From NCBI GenBank assembly GCA_963725085.1, contig CAVRXM010000005.1, positions 1,014,235 through 1,078,234 on the forward strand: DNA of 64,000 nucleotides, given 5' to 3'. The DNA comes from an uncultured Solirubrobacterales bacterium. Its GTDB lineage: Bacteria > Actinomycetota > Thermoleophilia > Solirubrobacterales > 70-9. Shown in pieces: positions 1-9,909 of the stretch. The translations under genes were made by a program, and so were the position numbers. Below the pieces are notes generated by a model that ran no database searches, was not told the origin of the DNA, and was given only the letters and a program-made list of their open reading frames with translations. The first letter of the stretch is position 1; each line of letters opens with the position of its first letter.

Positions 1-67
1 GGACGTCGTCCTCGGTTACTGCTTCGGCCTGGTTCTCGGACGCGTCTGTCTGGTTCTCGGACATGGC

Positions 68-621
68 TCAATGGTACCCGGGCGGCAGCGGCTCCTCGGG
101 AGGGTCCGCGGCGTCGGGGCGCAAGGTCGAGCTGCCACCAGCCGACGTCGCGCCAGGCGCCGGCCTTCCAGCCGATCCGCCGGTAGACGCCGACCGCGAC
201 GAACCCGAGCCCCTCGTGGAGGGCGACGCTCGGCCTCGTTCGGCAGCGTCACCCCGGCGCAGGCGACCCGGAACCGCTGCGCCCGGAGGCGCTCGAACAG
301 CTCCTCGTACAGACGCCCTCCCCAGCCCCCGGCCGCGATCGGCCTCGGCCGACGTAGACCGAGACGTCGACCGCCCAGCGGTAGGCCGCCCGCGAGCGGT
401 GCTCGCAGGCGTAGGCGAAGCCGACGGTCTCGCCCTCGCGCTCGGCGACCAGCCACGGATGCGTGGCGCCGATCCGCGCGATCCGCGCCGCCATCTCGTC
501 CGCGGTCGGCGCGCTCGGCCTCGAACGAGGTCGGCGACGCCTCGACGTGGGGCGCGTAGATCGCCGCGCAGGCGGCGGCGTCGAGCTCGGGGTCGGCGCT
601 GCGGATGGTCACCGGGCGCAA
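68..621 (-). pseudogene. GNAT family N-acetyltransferase (phosphinothricin-acetyltransferase-like), reading frame broken at least twice
   Basis: Minus-strand segments ILRPVTIRSADPELDAAACAAIYAPHV, THPWLVAEREGETVGFAYACEHRSRAAYRWAVDVSVYV, GGWGGRLYEELFERLRAQRFRVACAGVTLPNEAS, VALHEGLGFVAVGVYRRIGWKAGAWRDVGWWQLDL lie in different frames. Start codon uncertain (TTG near 621 or ATG at 657). Confidence 0.7.
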
Positions 622-637
622 GATAGTCTCCGCGCCC

Positions 638-1031
638 GTGAGCGCGGAGCGAGCCATCCAGCGCCGCTCGATCGGGATCGTCTTCTCCGACGGCGGCCTG
701 CTCGCGCTCTCGGCGATGCGCCCCGACGGCGCCGCCGAGCACGGCGAGGAGGCGCTGGCGGCGGTCCTCTGCGATCCCGACGGCGCCCCGGTCGAGGTCT
801 CCGAGGCGCTGCTCTCGACCGAGTACGGGCCCGACGGGGTGCAGCGGCGGGCGACGCTCGAGCTCTGGGTCGACGGCGAGGAGGGCCAGCCGCTGCGCGG
901 CGCCGGCACCCTGATCAGCACCAGCTCGGTCCGCCGCCCCGGCCTCGTCGTCCGAGGTCGCCTTCTTCCGCTGGTCGCTCGAGGGCCGCGAGGGCCTCGG
1001 CCACTACGAGATCGTCTGGGCCGATGGCTGA
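638..1031 (+). pseudogene. hypothetical protein, one frameshift near 955
   Basis: The coding-like sequence AIQRRSIGIVFSDGG...LELWVDGEEGQPLRGAGTLISTSSV continues in another frame as EVAFFRWSLEGREGLGHYEIVWADG, ending at TGA 1029-1031. Start (GTG 638) is a guess. Confidence 0.45.
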
Positions 1032-1687
1032 GCGGATCGAGGCGGTGATCTCCGACTTCGGCGGGGTCCTGACGACGCCGCTGATCGAGTCGTTCATGGC
1101 CTTCCAGGACCAGACCGGGATCTCGACCGAAGACCTCGGCAAGGCGATGCAGGCGAGCGCCGAGGCGCGACGGCGAGAACCCGCTGTTCAAGCTCGAGCG
1201 CGGCGAAATCACCGAGGCCGCGTTCCTCGAGCAGATCGCCGACGCGCTCGAGCCGCTGCTCGGCCACCGGCCCGGAGATGCACCGGTTCAAAGAGATCTA
1301 CTTCGAGGCGCTCAACCCGAACCCGGCGATGATCGACCTGATGCGCGAGCTGAAGGAGTCCGGCTACCGGATGGCGATGCTGACCAACAACGTCCGCGAG
1401 TGGGAGCCGCTCTGGCGCTCGATGCTGCCGGTCGACGAGATCTTCGAGACGGTCGTCGACTCCGGCTTCGTCGGCTGCCGCAAGCCCGAGTCGAAGATCT
1501 ACGCGATGACGCTGGAGCGGATCGGGATGCGCGCCCGAGGCCTGCCTCTTCGTCGACGACGTCCAGGTCAACTGCGAAGGGGCGCAGCGGGCCGGGCATC
1601 AACGCGGTCCACTTCCGCGACAACGAGCAGGCGATCCCGAGATCCGCGCCGCAGCTCGGCGACGCTGGGCGACGGAGCGCGGACTAG
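1024..1687 (+). pseudogene. HAD-superfamily hydrolase (subfamily IA-like), frameshifted
   Basis: MAERIEAVISDFGGVLTTP (DxG motif I), then MHRFKEIYFEALNPNPAMIDLMRELKESGYRMAMLTNNVREWE...VVDSGFVGCRKPESKIYAMTLERIG, then FVDD..NAVHFRDNEQAI, spread over three frames. The 3' end is uncertain. Confidence 0.7.
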
Positions 1688-2140
1688 TTCTCGGAGCCGG
1701 CGCGGTCCCAGACGTAGAGCTCGACCGCCTCGACGGCGAGCTCCATCAGGCGCGGCGGCGAGAGCAGGCTGAGGACGAGCTCGAGCGCGTCCTCCTCGGT
1801 GACGCCGGCGTCGACCGCCTCCTCGCCGCGGAACCCGGCGGCGAGCTTCAGCGCCTCGCGCCGGTTGTCGCCGAGGGAGCCGAAGGCGCCCATCAGGAAG
1901 TCGCGGTTCGGGCAGCGGCTGGCCGACCTCGAGCGAGCCGTGCCAGGCGGCGAGCATCGAGAGGTCGTGCTCGTCGAGCTCGGAGAGCGCCTTCGCGTAG
2001 TGGGTCTCGAGCTCGCTGTCGGGGATCTCGTCGACCCAGGCGCGCACCGCCTCGCCGAGCAGCTGGCGGCGCGCCTCGCGGCCGATCGAGTCGGCAATGG
2101 CGCGGATCGCATCGGCTGGGTCGACGAAGCAGAGGGACAT
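1684..2140 (-). pseudogene. hypothetical protein, one frameshift near 1900
   Basis: The N-terminal part MSLCFVDPADAIRAIADSIGREARRQLLGEAVRAWVDEIPDSELETHYAKALSELDEHDLSMLAAWHGSLEV continues in another frame as RDFLMGAFGSLGDNRREALKLAAGFRGEEAVDAGVTEEDALELVLSLLSPPRLMELAVEAVELYVWDRAGSEN. Confidence 0.55.
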
Positions 2141-2228
2141 CGCGGCCCAATGTAGAGAGCGGGGAAGACGTCAAATCGCCCCGGGCAGTCGCGCGCCGGG
2201 AGCCGACCTATGCTGGACCGCTCGACCG

Positions 2229-5200
2229 ATGCCTCTGAACCTGATCCACGGACCCCCGAACTCCGGCCGCGCCGGCCTCGTCAGGCGCGCCCTGATCGAC
2301 GTTCTGGAGCGCGATCCGGTCCTCGTCGTGCCGACCGTCGACGACGTCTACAGCTTCGAGCGCGAGCTCTGCGAGAGGGTGCGGTGCTGGGCGCCTCGGT
2401 GATGACCTTCAGCGGCCTCTTCCGCACCGTCGCGACGGCGGCGGGGCCCCGCCCGGGCGCCGAGCTGACGCCGGCCCAGCGCCTCGGCGCGATCTCGACG
2501 GCGATCGCGGAGCGCCGCGGGACCTCGGCCCGCTCCGGCGCTCGGCCTCGCGGCCCGGCTTCGCCGCGCGCTTCGAGCGCCTGCTCGACGAGCTCCAGGG
2601 CGCCGGGCTCGAGCCGGCGGACGTCGAGGCGGCAGCCGCGACCCTCGAGGGCTCCGCCTACCTGCCGACGTCGCGGCGCTGTTCGCCGGCTACGCCGAGG
2701 TCCGCGACCGGCTCGGGACGGTCGACAGCTACGGCGATCGCCCGCGAGGCGATCGCGCTGCTGCGCCGAGTCCGGCGGCTTCTGGGGCGAGCGGCCGGTC
2801 TTCCTCTACGGCCTCGACGACCTCACCCGCAACCAGCTCGACCTGGTCCGGGCCCTGGCGGCGGCGACCGAGGTGACCGTCGCCCTCCCCTACGAGGAGC
2901 GGCAACCTCGCGCTCGCGGCGCGGCCGGCGCTGCTCGAGCGAGCTGCGCGAGATCGGGGTCGACGAGGAGACCGCGACCGAGGCCGGACCCCGGCAACAC
3001 CCCCTCCCCCCTTCTCTTCCACCTCGAGCGAAGCTTCGGCGCCGCCGAGCCGGAGCGGATGGCGCCCGACGACGAGCCTCGTCCTCCTGCGCTCCGCCGG
3101 CGAGCGCGGCGAGGCCGAGGCGATCGCCGCCGAGGTCGTCACGCCTGCTCGCCGCGGCACCGACCCGGGCGAGATCGCGATCGCCCTCCGCGACCCGTCG
3201 CGGCGCGGCGCCGCTGCTCGCGTCGGTGCTCGAGTCCTACGGGGTCCCGATCGCGCTCGAGGCCGAGGTGCCGGTCGCAGCGACCGCGGTCGGCGGCGCG
3301 CTGATCGCGATGCTCGAGGCCGATCTCGGCGTCGGCGCGCGCGCGACGTGCTCCGCTACCTGCGGCGGGCCGAGCGGAGCTGCCGCCGGGCGTGGTCGAC
3401 TGGCTCGAGCGCCGCGTCCGCCGGGGCCGGATCCGGGACGCCGAGCGGCGCTCGGGCTGCTGGCGAGGAGCGGCTCCGCGGGACCTGTCCGGCTGCGAGG
3501 TCGCGCGAGGCGCGACGGGGCGCTGGCGGCCGAGCCGGCCGAGCTCGCCGCCGATGGCCTCGCGCCCGCTGCGAGCGGCGACGGTCCGCTGCCCGGGCGG
3601 GGCGACGGGCTCGAGCTGCGGCGGCGGCCGTGATCGGCAAGCGCCCTCGCCGAGCTGGCCGAGCTTGGCGAGTCGCCCCCCGCCCGGAGGAGCTCGCGCC
3701 GCGATCTCGGCGAGCTCGGGTCCGTGTCTGGCGCGGGCCGGTCGAGGGCCGGGTCCGGATCGCCGAGCCCCTACCGGCTGCGAGCCGCGCGCTTCGACCA
3801 CGTCATCGTCGGCTCCCTCCAGGACGGCGAGTTCCCCCGCCGCGACGGCGGCGCGCGAACCGTTCCTCTCCGAGGCGCCAGCGCGCCGCGCTCGGCCTCG
3901 AGCCCCGGCGCGACACCGACGCCGAGGAGCGCTATCTGTTCGCACGCCTGCCTCGCGCTGCCCGCGCCGGCGCCTCTTCCTCTCCTATCGGGACAGCGAC
4001 GAGAACGGCGTCGCGGAGCCGCGCTCGCCGCTGATCGACGAGGTCCGGCGCCTGCTCGACCCGGCCCCGGCGGGCGAGCCGCCGGACCCGGTCGAGGAGG
4101 AGATGACCCGCGGCCGCGACCTCGCCTAGGTCGTTCAGCCGCTCGCCGAGGCCCCGTCCGAGGATGAGCTCGCTCGGGCGATCGCCGCCCGCGGGCCCGC
4201 CGCCGAGGCCGGCTCGCTGCCGCCGATGACGGCGCCCGGGGAGGTCGCGCAGCGGCTCGCGGCACCGGCTCGCGCGCGGCGCGCACGGCCGAGGCCGCCA
4301 GCCGGGCCCCGGGGCCGTTCTCGAACCCCGCCGTGCTCGAGTCGCTCGGCCGCGGTCGCCGCCTACGGCGGCACGACACTCGAGGGGTTCGACGAATGCT
4401 CCTACCGCTGGTTCGTCGCCCACGAGCTCGCCCCGCGGCCGCTCGACCCCGATGCCCGACCCGCTCATCCAGGGCGGCCTGATGCACGGGGTCCTCTTCC
4501 GCCTCTACCGCGAGCGCCCGGCGGCGAGCGGCGCCCCGGCCGGCCTCGCTCGGGGCCTGGATCGCCCGCGGCCTCGAGATGCTCGGCGAGGTCGCCGCCG
4601 AGCGCGAGATCGGCGCGCACCCGGTCGAGCGGGCGATGGTGAGGCGGGTGGAAGTCCTGCTCGACCGCTTCCTCGCGCGAGGAGGCCGAGCGCGGACGGC
4701 GGCCCGTTCGAGCCCTGGCTGCTCGAGGCCGGGTTCGGCGAGGGCGGAGGAGCAGCGAACGCCCGGCCCTCGAGATCGACGGCTGGGGCCTGCACGGGGC
4801 GATCGACCGAGTCGACCGGGACCCCGACGGGCGGGCGCTCGTCCTCGACTACAAGCTCTCGAGCGCGGTGACGGCGCGGGCGAAGCTCGAGGAGGAGGCG
4901 AAGCTCCAGCTGCAGCTCTACATGATCGCCGTCGCCGAGCTCTGGGGCGCGGAGACCGTCGGCGGCCTCTACCTCCCGCTGCGCGGAACCTCGTCGCGAC
5001 GGCCGCGCGGCGCCGTCCTCGAGGACGCCGAGCGCGGAGCTCGCCGCCTACGGCCTCTACCGGCCGACGTCGTCGACGAGACGGAATTCGAGGAGCTGCA
5101 TCGCCGACTCCCGCGCCCGGCGCCGGGGAGATCGTCGCGCGGATGAGGGCCGGCACGATCCGTCGCGACCCCGGTCCCGCCGACCCGGGGCTGCGCGGCC

Positions 5201-5291
5201 ACGGATTTGCCCGAACTACTGCGGTTTCGCGCCGATCTGCCGCCGCGACCGCGCGATCGAGGAGCCGCGACGAGGAAGAGGAGAGGAGTGA
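2229..5291 (+). pseudogene. AddB/AdnA-like helicase-nuclease subunit (PD-(D/E)XK nuclease family), many frame disruptions
   Basis: Starts MPLNLIHGPPNSGRAGLVRRALIDVLERDPVLVVPTVDDVYSFERELCE (degenerate P-loop). Homolog-like pieces are scattered over all three forward frames. The C-terminal CPNYCGFAPICRRD cysteine cluster ends at TGA 5289-5291, overlapping the next ATG. Confidence 0.7.
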
Positions 5292-8200
5292 TGAGCCAGC
5301 GGGAGCTGACCCCCGAACAGGAGGCCGCGATCGCCGCCGCCGGCCCGAGGTGCTGGTCGAGGCCGGCGCCGGGACCGGGAAGACCGGGGTGATGGTCGAC
5401 CGCTACTGCCGCCTCGTCTGCGACGCGGGGGTCGAGCCCGACGCGATCCTCGCCTTCACCTTCACCGACAAGGCCGCGGCCGAGCTGCGGCAGCGGATCC
5501 GCGCCGCGCTCGAGCTCCGCGCCGACGCCGGCAGCGAGCGCGCCGCGGGAGCTGCTCGCCGGCGTTCGGCGGCGCCTGGGTGACGACGATCCACGGGTTC
5601 TGCAACCGGCTCCTCGCCGGCCACCCCGTTGCCGCCGGGATCGACCCGCGGTTCCGGGTCCTCGACGCGCCCGAGGCGGAGCGCGTCGCCGGCGAGGCAT
5701 TCGACGAGGCGCTCGAGGAGTTCCTCGCCGGGGCTGACGGGGACCGCGAGCGGACCGTGGCCGCCTACGAGCTGGCGGGCCTGCGCGGGATGGTGATCGC
5801 GGTCCACGAGGAGCTCCGCAGCCGCGGCCACCCTCTGCCGACGCTCCCCGAGCCCGCAGTAGGAAATCCGGCCGCCGCCGTGCGGGCGCGGCCGAGGCGC
5901 TGCGGCGGCGATCGCGGACCTGAAGCCCGCGGCCCGGGTCGCGAGATGCCGAGCGGGCGCCCGAGCTCACGCGGGCGTCCTCGGAGCCCCCGGACCTGAG
6001 ATCTGGACGGCGCTCTGCGGACGAAGAGGGCGGCGAGGCCCTCAGCGCCTACCGGGAGGCGATCGAGGCGGCGTCGCCGGGTCGCGGAGGCCGGCGAGGG
6101 CGGGCTCGTCTACCGTCACGTCGGAGAACTCCTGGTCGAGTTCTCCGAGCGCTTCCCGGCGGCGAAGGAACGGCGGTCGGGGATCGACTTCGAGGACCTG
6201 CAGATGCTCGCCGTCGACCTGCTCGAGCGGGACGAGATCGGGGCCGATTACCAGCACCGCTTCTCCCACATCCTCGTCGACGAGTTCCAGGACACGAACC
6301 GGCTCCAGCTGCGCCTCATCGAGGCGCTGCGTGGCCCCGCAACCAGGCTGATGGTCGTCGGCGACGAGCTCCAGTCGATCTATGGCTTCCGCCATGCCGA
6401 CCTCGAGGTGTTCCGCGAGCACCGCCGCGGCGCCGAGGAGGCGCGGGACGGCGGAGGTGATGGAGCTGAGCGGCAACTTCCGCTCCCGCCCTGAGCTGAT
6501 CGGGGCCGTGAACAAGATCGGCCGGGGCCTGTTCGGGGACGGCTACCGGCCGCTGCGGGTCGGGGCGGAGCCCGCGGCGAAGGAGCCGCCCGGCGGCGGC
6601 GGGCCCGCGGTCGAGATGCTGCTGACCGCCGACGGCAAGCGCTGGAAGAAGGACCGGGCGATCGACCTGCAGCCGGCGACCGACGCACGACTCCGCCGAC
6701 CAGCTCGCCGAGGCCCGGTTCCTGGCGGCCAGGCTTCGCGAGCTCGTCGAGGGCGGCGTCGAGCGCGGCAAGATGGTCGTCCTGCTGCGCGCGTTCACCC
6801 ACCTCGATGCCTACGAGGACTCGCTCGAACGCGCCGGCCTTCGCCCCTACACCGTGGGCGGGCAGGGCTACTGGTCCCACCAGCAGGTGGGCGACGTCTG
6901 CGCGCTGCTGGCGACGATCGCCAACCCGCTCGACGACGAGAGGCTGTTCGGGGCGCTGGCCTCGCCGGCCTGCGGGGCCGCGCCGGACACCCTCTGGCTC
7001 CTGCGCCGGGCGGCCGGCGGCGGCCGCCACATCTGGCCCGTCCTCGAGCGCGTTGCCGGGGTCGGCGAGGCCGAGCCGAGCGACCCCGAGCGGCTCGAGC
7101 GGATCCCGCCCGCGGAGCGGGAGCTGCTGCGCGAATTCGCCCAGCGGATCGTCGGCCTGCGCTCGCGGAGTACGCGGCTCGGCCTCTCGCGACCTGATCG
7201 ACGCCGTCGTCACCGAGACGGGGTACGACCTCGCGATTCTCACCCGGCCGGCGGGCGAGGCCCGGTTCGCGAACGTCCGCAAGCTGATGCGGATCGCCGC
7301 CGAGTTCGAGGCCCAGAGGGTCGCGATCTCCGCGGCCTGCTCGAGTTCCTGGCGGTCCGCGCCGACGCCGATGCCGACGCCGGCGCCGCGACCGCGGTCG
7401 AGGGCCACGACGGGGTGCGGATCATGACCGTCCACGGCGCCAAGGGGCTCGAGTTCGGCGTCGTCGCGGTGCCGATGCTCGGGCGCCGCCTGCTCGCCGG
7501 CAGGCTGCCGGTCCTCGCCCTCGGCCGCGGCGCGGAGCCCGACGGTCGGCCTCCAGCTTCGCCGCCTCGGCGCACCGTCGGATGAATCTCTTCCGCTACC
7601 GGGATCTGTGCGACGACCTGCAGGAGCGGGGCGCCGAGGAGGAGCTGCGCCTTTTCCACGTCGCCGCGACCCGGGCGCGCCAGCGGCTGATCCTGAGCGG
7701 CGTCGTCGAGCCGAAGGCGAAGGCGCCCCGGCCGGGGACCCCGGTGGTCGAGCGGATCGTCGAGGCGTTGGGCGTTGGCAGGGAGGCCGACTCGACGGTC
7801 ACCGGTTCCCGCCGCCCCGCCCCGCGAGGGCCTCGACGCCTCATTCGGCGCCTCGGAGATCGCCGTCCGGGTGAACCTCCCCTCCCCCGAGCAGGCGCGA
7901 CTGCTGAGCGCGACGGCGGCGGCGCCCGGCGCATCGGCGGAGCCACCGCAGGGGCCGGCCCCCCTGCTCGAGCGCCGCCCCCCCGTCGTCCCCCGGCGGC
8001 CGCTCTCCTACACCGCGATCTCGGCCTTCGGTGAATGCCCGTATCGCTTCTACATGGAACGCGTGCTCGGGATCGGCGGGCGGGCGGGCGACGGCTCGCG
8101 CATGCCCGTGCCCGAGAGCGACGACGGCGAGCGGTCGGGCAGCCGGCGCGAGCAGGCGAGCGCCCGCGGCGCGGCGGTCCACACCCTGCTCGAGTGGAGC

Positions 8201-8806
8201 CAGGCGAACGGCTGGGCGGAGCCGGAGCCGGACCTGGCCGGCGCCCACGCGATCGCCGCCGGTCTCGAACGCGATGGCGGCGGCGCGGAGGAGCTGATCT
8301 CAGCCGTCCGCGCCTGGCTCGGGTCGGGGCTATTCCGCGACCGGGTCGCCGCGGGGAGCGCGGTCAGGGCGGAGGTGCCGCTCCTGCTCGGCGTCTCGAG
8401 CTCGGTCCTGCGCGGGTCGATCGACCTCCTCGTCGAGCGCGACGGGGCGGCGCCGCTCGTGATCGACTACAAGACCGACCGCCTCGCGGGCTCGACCCCC
8501 GCCTCCCATGCCGGCCGCTACGAGATCCAGCGCTCGATCTACGCGCTCGCGGTGGCGGAGGCCCTGGGCACGCCGGAGGTCGAGGTCGCCTACGTCTTTC
8601 TCGAGCGCCCGGAGGACCCGGTCCTGACCCTGCTCGACCGGGACGCCATGGATGCCGGCCGGGCCCGGATCGCCGCCGAGGTGGAGCGGATCGCGGCCGG
8701 CGAGTTCCCCCCCGCCCCGGCCGCCACCCGCAGCTGGGACCTCTGCCGCGGCTGCCCCGCACTCGGGGGGCTCTGCTCGGGCCCGCGCGGCGCCACGCCC
8801 GAGTGA
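5291..8806 (+). pseudogene. AddA/AdnB-like UvrD-family helicase with C-terminal PD-(D/E)XK nuclease, many frame disruptions
   Basis: MSQRELTPEQEAAIAA; Walker A EAGAGTGKTG; TIHGFCNRLL; ILVDEFQDTNRLQ; IMTVHGAKGLEFGVV; C-terminal CPYRFYMERVLG, IDLLVERDGAAPLVIDYKTDRL and CRGCPALGGLC. The pieces lie in several frames. Confidence 0.8.
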
Positions 8807-8836
8807 TCCGGCCGATTTCCGCATTCTGCAAAGGTC

Positions 8837-9331
8837 ATGGGGGATGACCGACCATTTCCATCGATCCTGATGACCCCGACTCTGTTCGGATGGGCGGGAG
8901 GAGCCGAGGCGTTCGAGCGCCTGATCGACGCCTTCTACGACCGGGTCGAGGCCGACGACCTGCTCAGCGGGCTCTTCCCCGGCGGGGTCTCCGAGAAGCA
9001 CCGCGACCACGTCATCGCCTGGTGGGTCGAGGTCTTCGGCGGCCCGCCGCGCTACACCGAGGAGCTCGGCGGCTACGAGCAGATGCTGGCCAAGCACCGC
9101 GACCTCGGGATCAGCGCCGAGCAGCGGTTCCGGTTCGCGTCGCTGATGAGCCTCGCCGCCGACGACGCCGGCCTGCCCGACGACCCCGAGTTCCGCTCGG
9201 CCCTCGTCGCCTACCTCGAGTGGGGCACGCGCCTCGCGATGCACAACTCCCAGCCCGATGCCGAGGTCGCCGAGCACGCCCCGGTGCCGCGCTGGGGCTG
9301 GGGCGAGGCGCCGCCCTACGAGCCGTCCTGA
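8837..9331 (+). CDS. group II truncated hemoglobin (GlbO-like globin)
   Basis: Intact 164-aa ORF. LFGWAGGAEAFERLIDAFYDRVEADDLLSGLFPG...EKHRDHVIAWWVEVFGGPPRY...MLAKHRDLGISAEQRFRFASLM is typical of the trHb family. True start may be the ATG at 8870. Confidence 0.8.
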   Translation: MGDDRPFPSILMTPTLFGWAGGAEAFERLIDAFYDRVEADDLLSGLFPGGVSEKHRDHVIAWWVEVFGGPPRYTEELGGYEQMLAKHRDLGISAEQRFRFASLMSLAADDAGLPDDPEFRSALVAYLEWGTRLAMHNSQPDAEVAEHAPVPRWGWGEAPPYEPS

Positions 9332-9337
9332 GCGATC

Positions 9338-9904
9338 TCAGGCCGGCTCGTAGGTGTTGACGGTCACCCCGGTCTCGAACGCGGTGCTGCCAACGAGCTT
9401 GAACGCGTGCTTGCCGCGGTCATCCGGGAACGGCCGTTTGCCGCCGCCGATCATCAGCGGGAAGACCATCAGGCGCAGCTCGTCGACGAGCTCGTTCTCG
9501 ATCAGCGACCTGACCAGCGTCGCGCTGCCGGCGACCAGGATCGGGCCGCCGTCGGCCGCCTTCAGCTCGCGGATCCCCTCGACGTGGGAATCGGCCGGGA
9601 TCACGGTCGAGTTCTCCCACTCGAGCGGGTCCGAGAGGGTCGAGGTCACGACGTACTTGGGCATCGAGTTGATCTTTTCCGCGAACGGGCCCTCGCGTTG
9701 CGGCCAGGCGGCGGCGAAACCTTCGTAGGTCACCCTGCCGAGCAGGTGGGACTCGGCTTCGATCGTCTCGTTGAGCTTGAACTCCTGCTGCTCGGGGCCC
9801 ATGTGCTCGAAGACCCAGCCCGAGTGGGGATGGATCTTCTCCCCACCCGGGTCCTCGATCACGCCGTCGAGGGTCATGAACTCGGTGACGATCAGCCTCG
9901 CCAT
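9338..9904 (-). CDS. dihydrofolate reductase family protein (RibD C-terminal domain)
   Basis: MARLIVTEFMTLDGVIEDPGGE...LLGRVTYEGFAAAWPQ...KYVVTSTL...ILVAGSATLVRSLIENELVDELRLMVFPLMIGGGKRPF. I chose the internal ATG rather than the ORF-track start at 9985. Confidence 0.8.
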   Translation of the reverse strand: MARLIVTEFMTLDGVIEDPGGEKIHPHSGWVFEHMGPEQQEFKLNETIEAESHLLGRVTYEGFAAAWPQREGPFAEKINSMPKYVVTSTLSDPLEWENSTVIPADSHVEGIRELKAADGGPILVAGSATLVRSLIENELVDELRLMVFPLMIGGGKRPFPDDRGKHAFKLVGSTAFETGVTVNTYEPA

Positions 9905-9909
9905 CGCTT

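Noticed and set aside
2229-8806. Helicase-nuclease pair as a candidate novel defence system
   Set aside because: The motifs and gene order match the ordinary AddAB/AdnAB recombination-repair machinery. There are no accompanying methylase, ATPase or effector genes.
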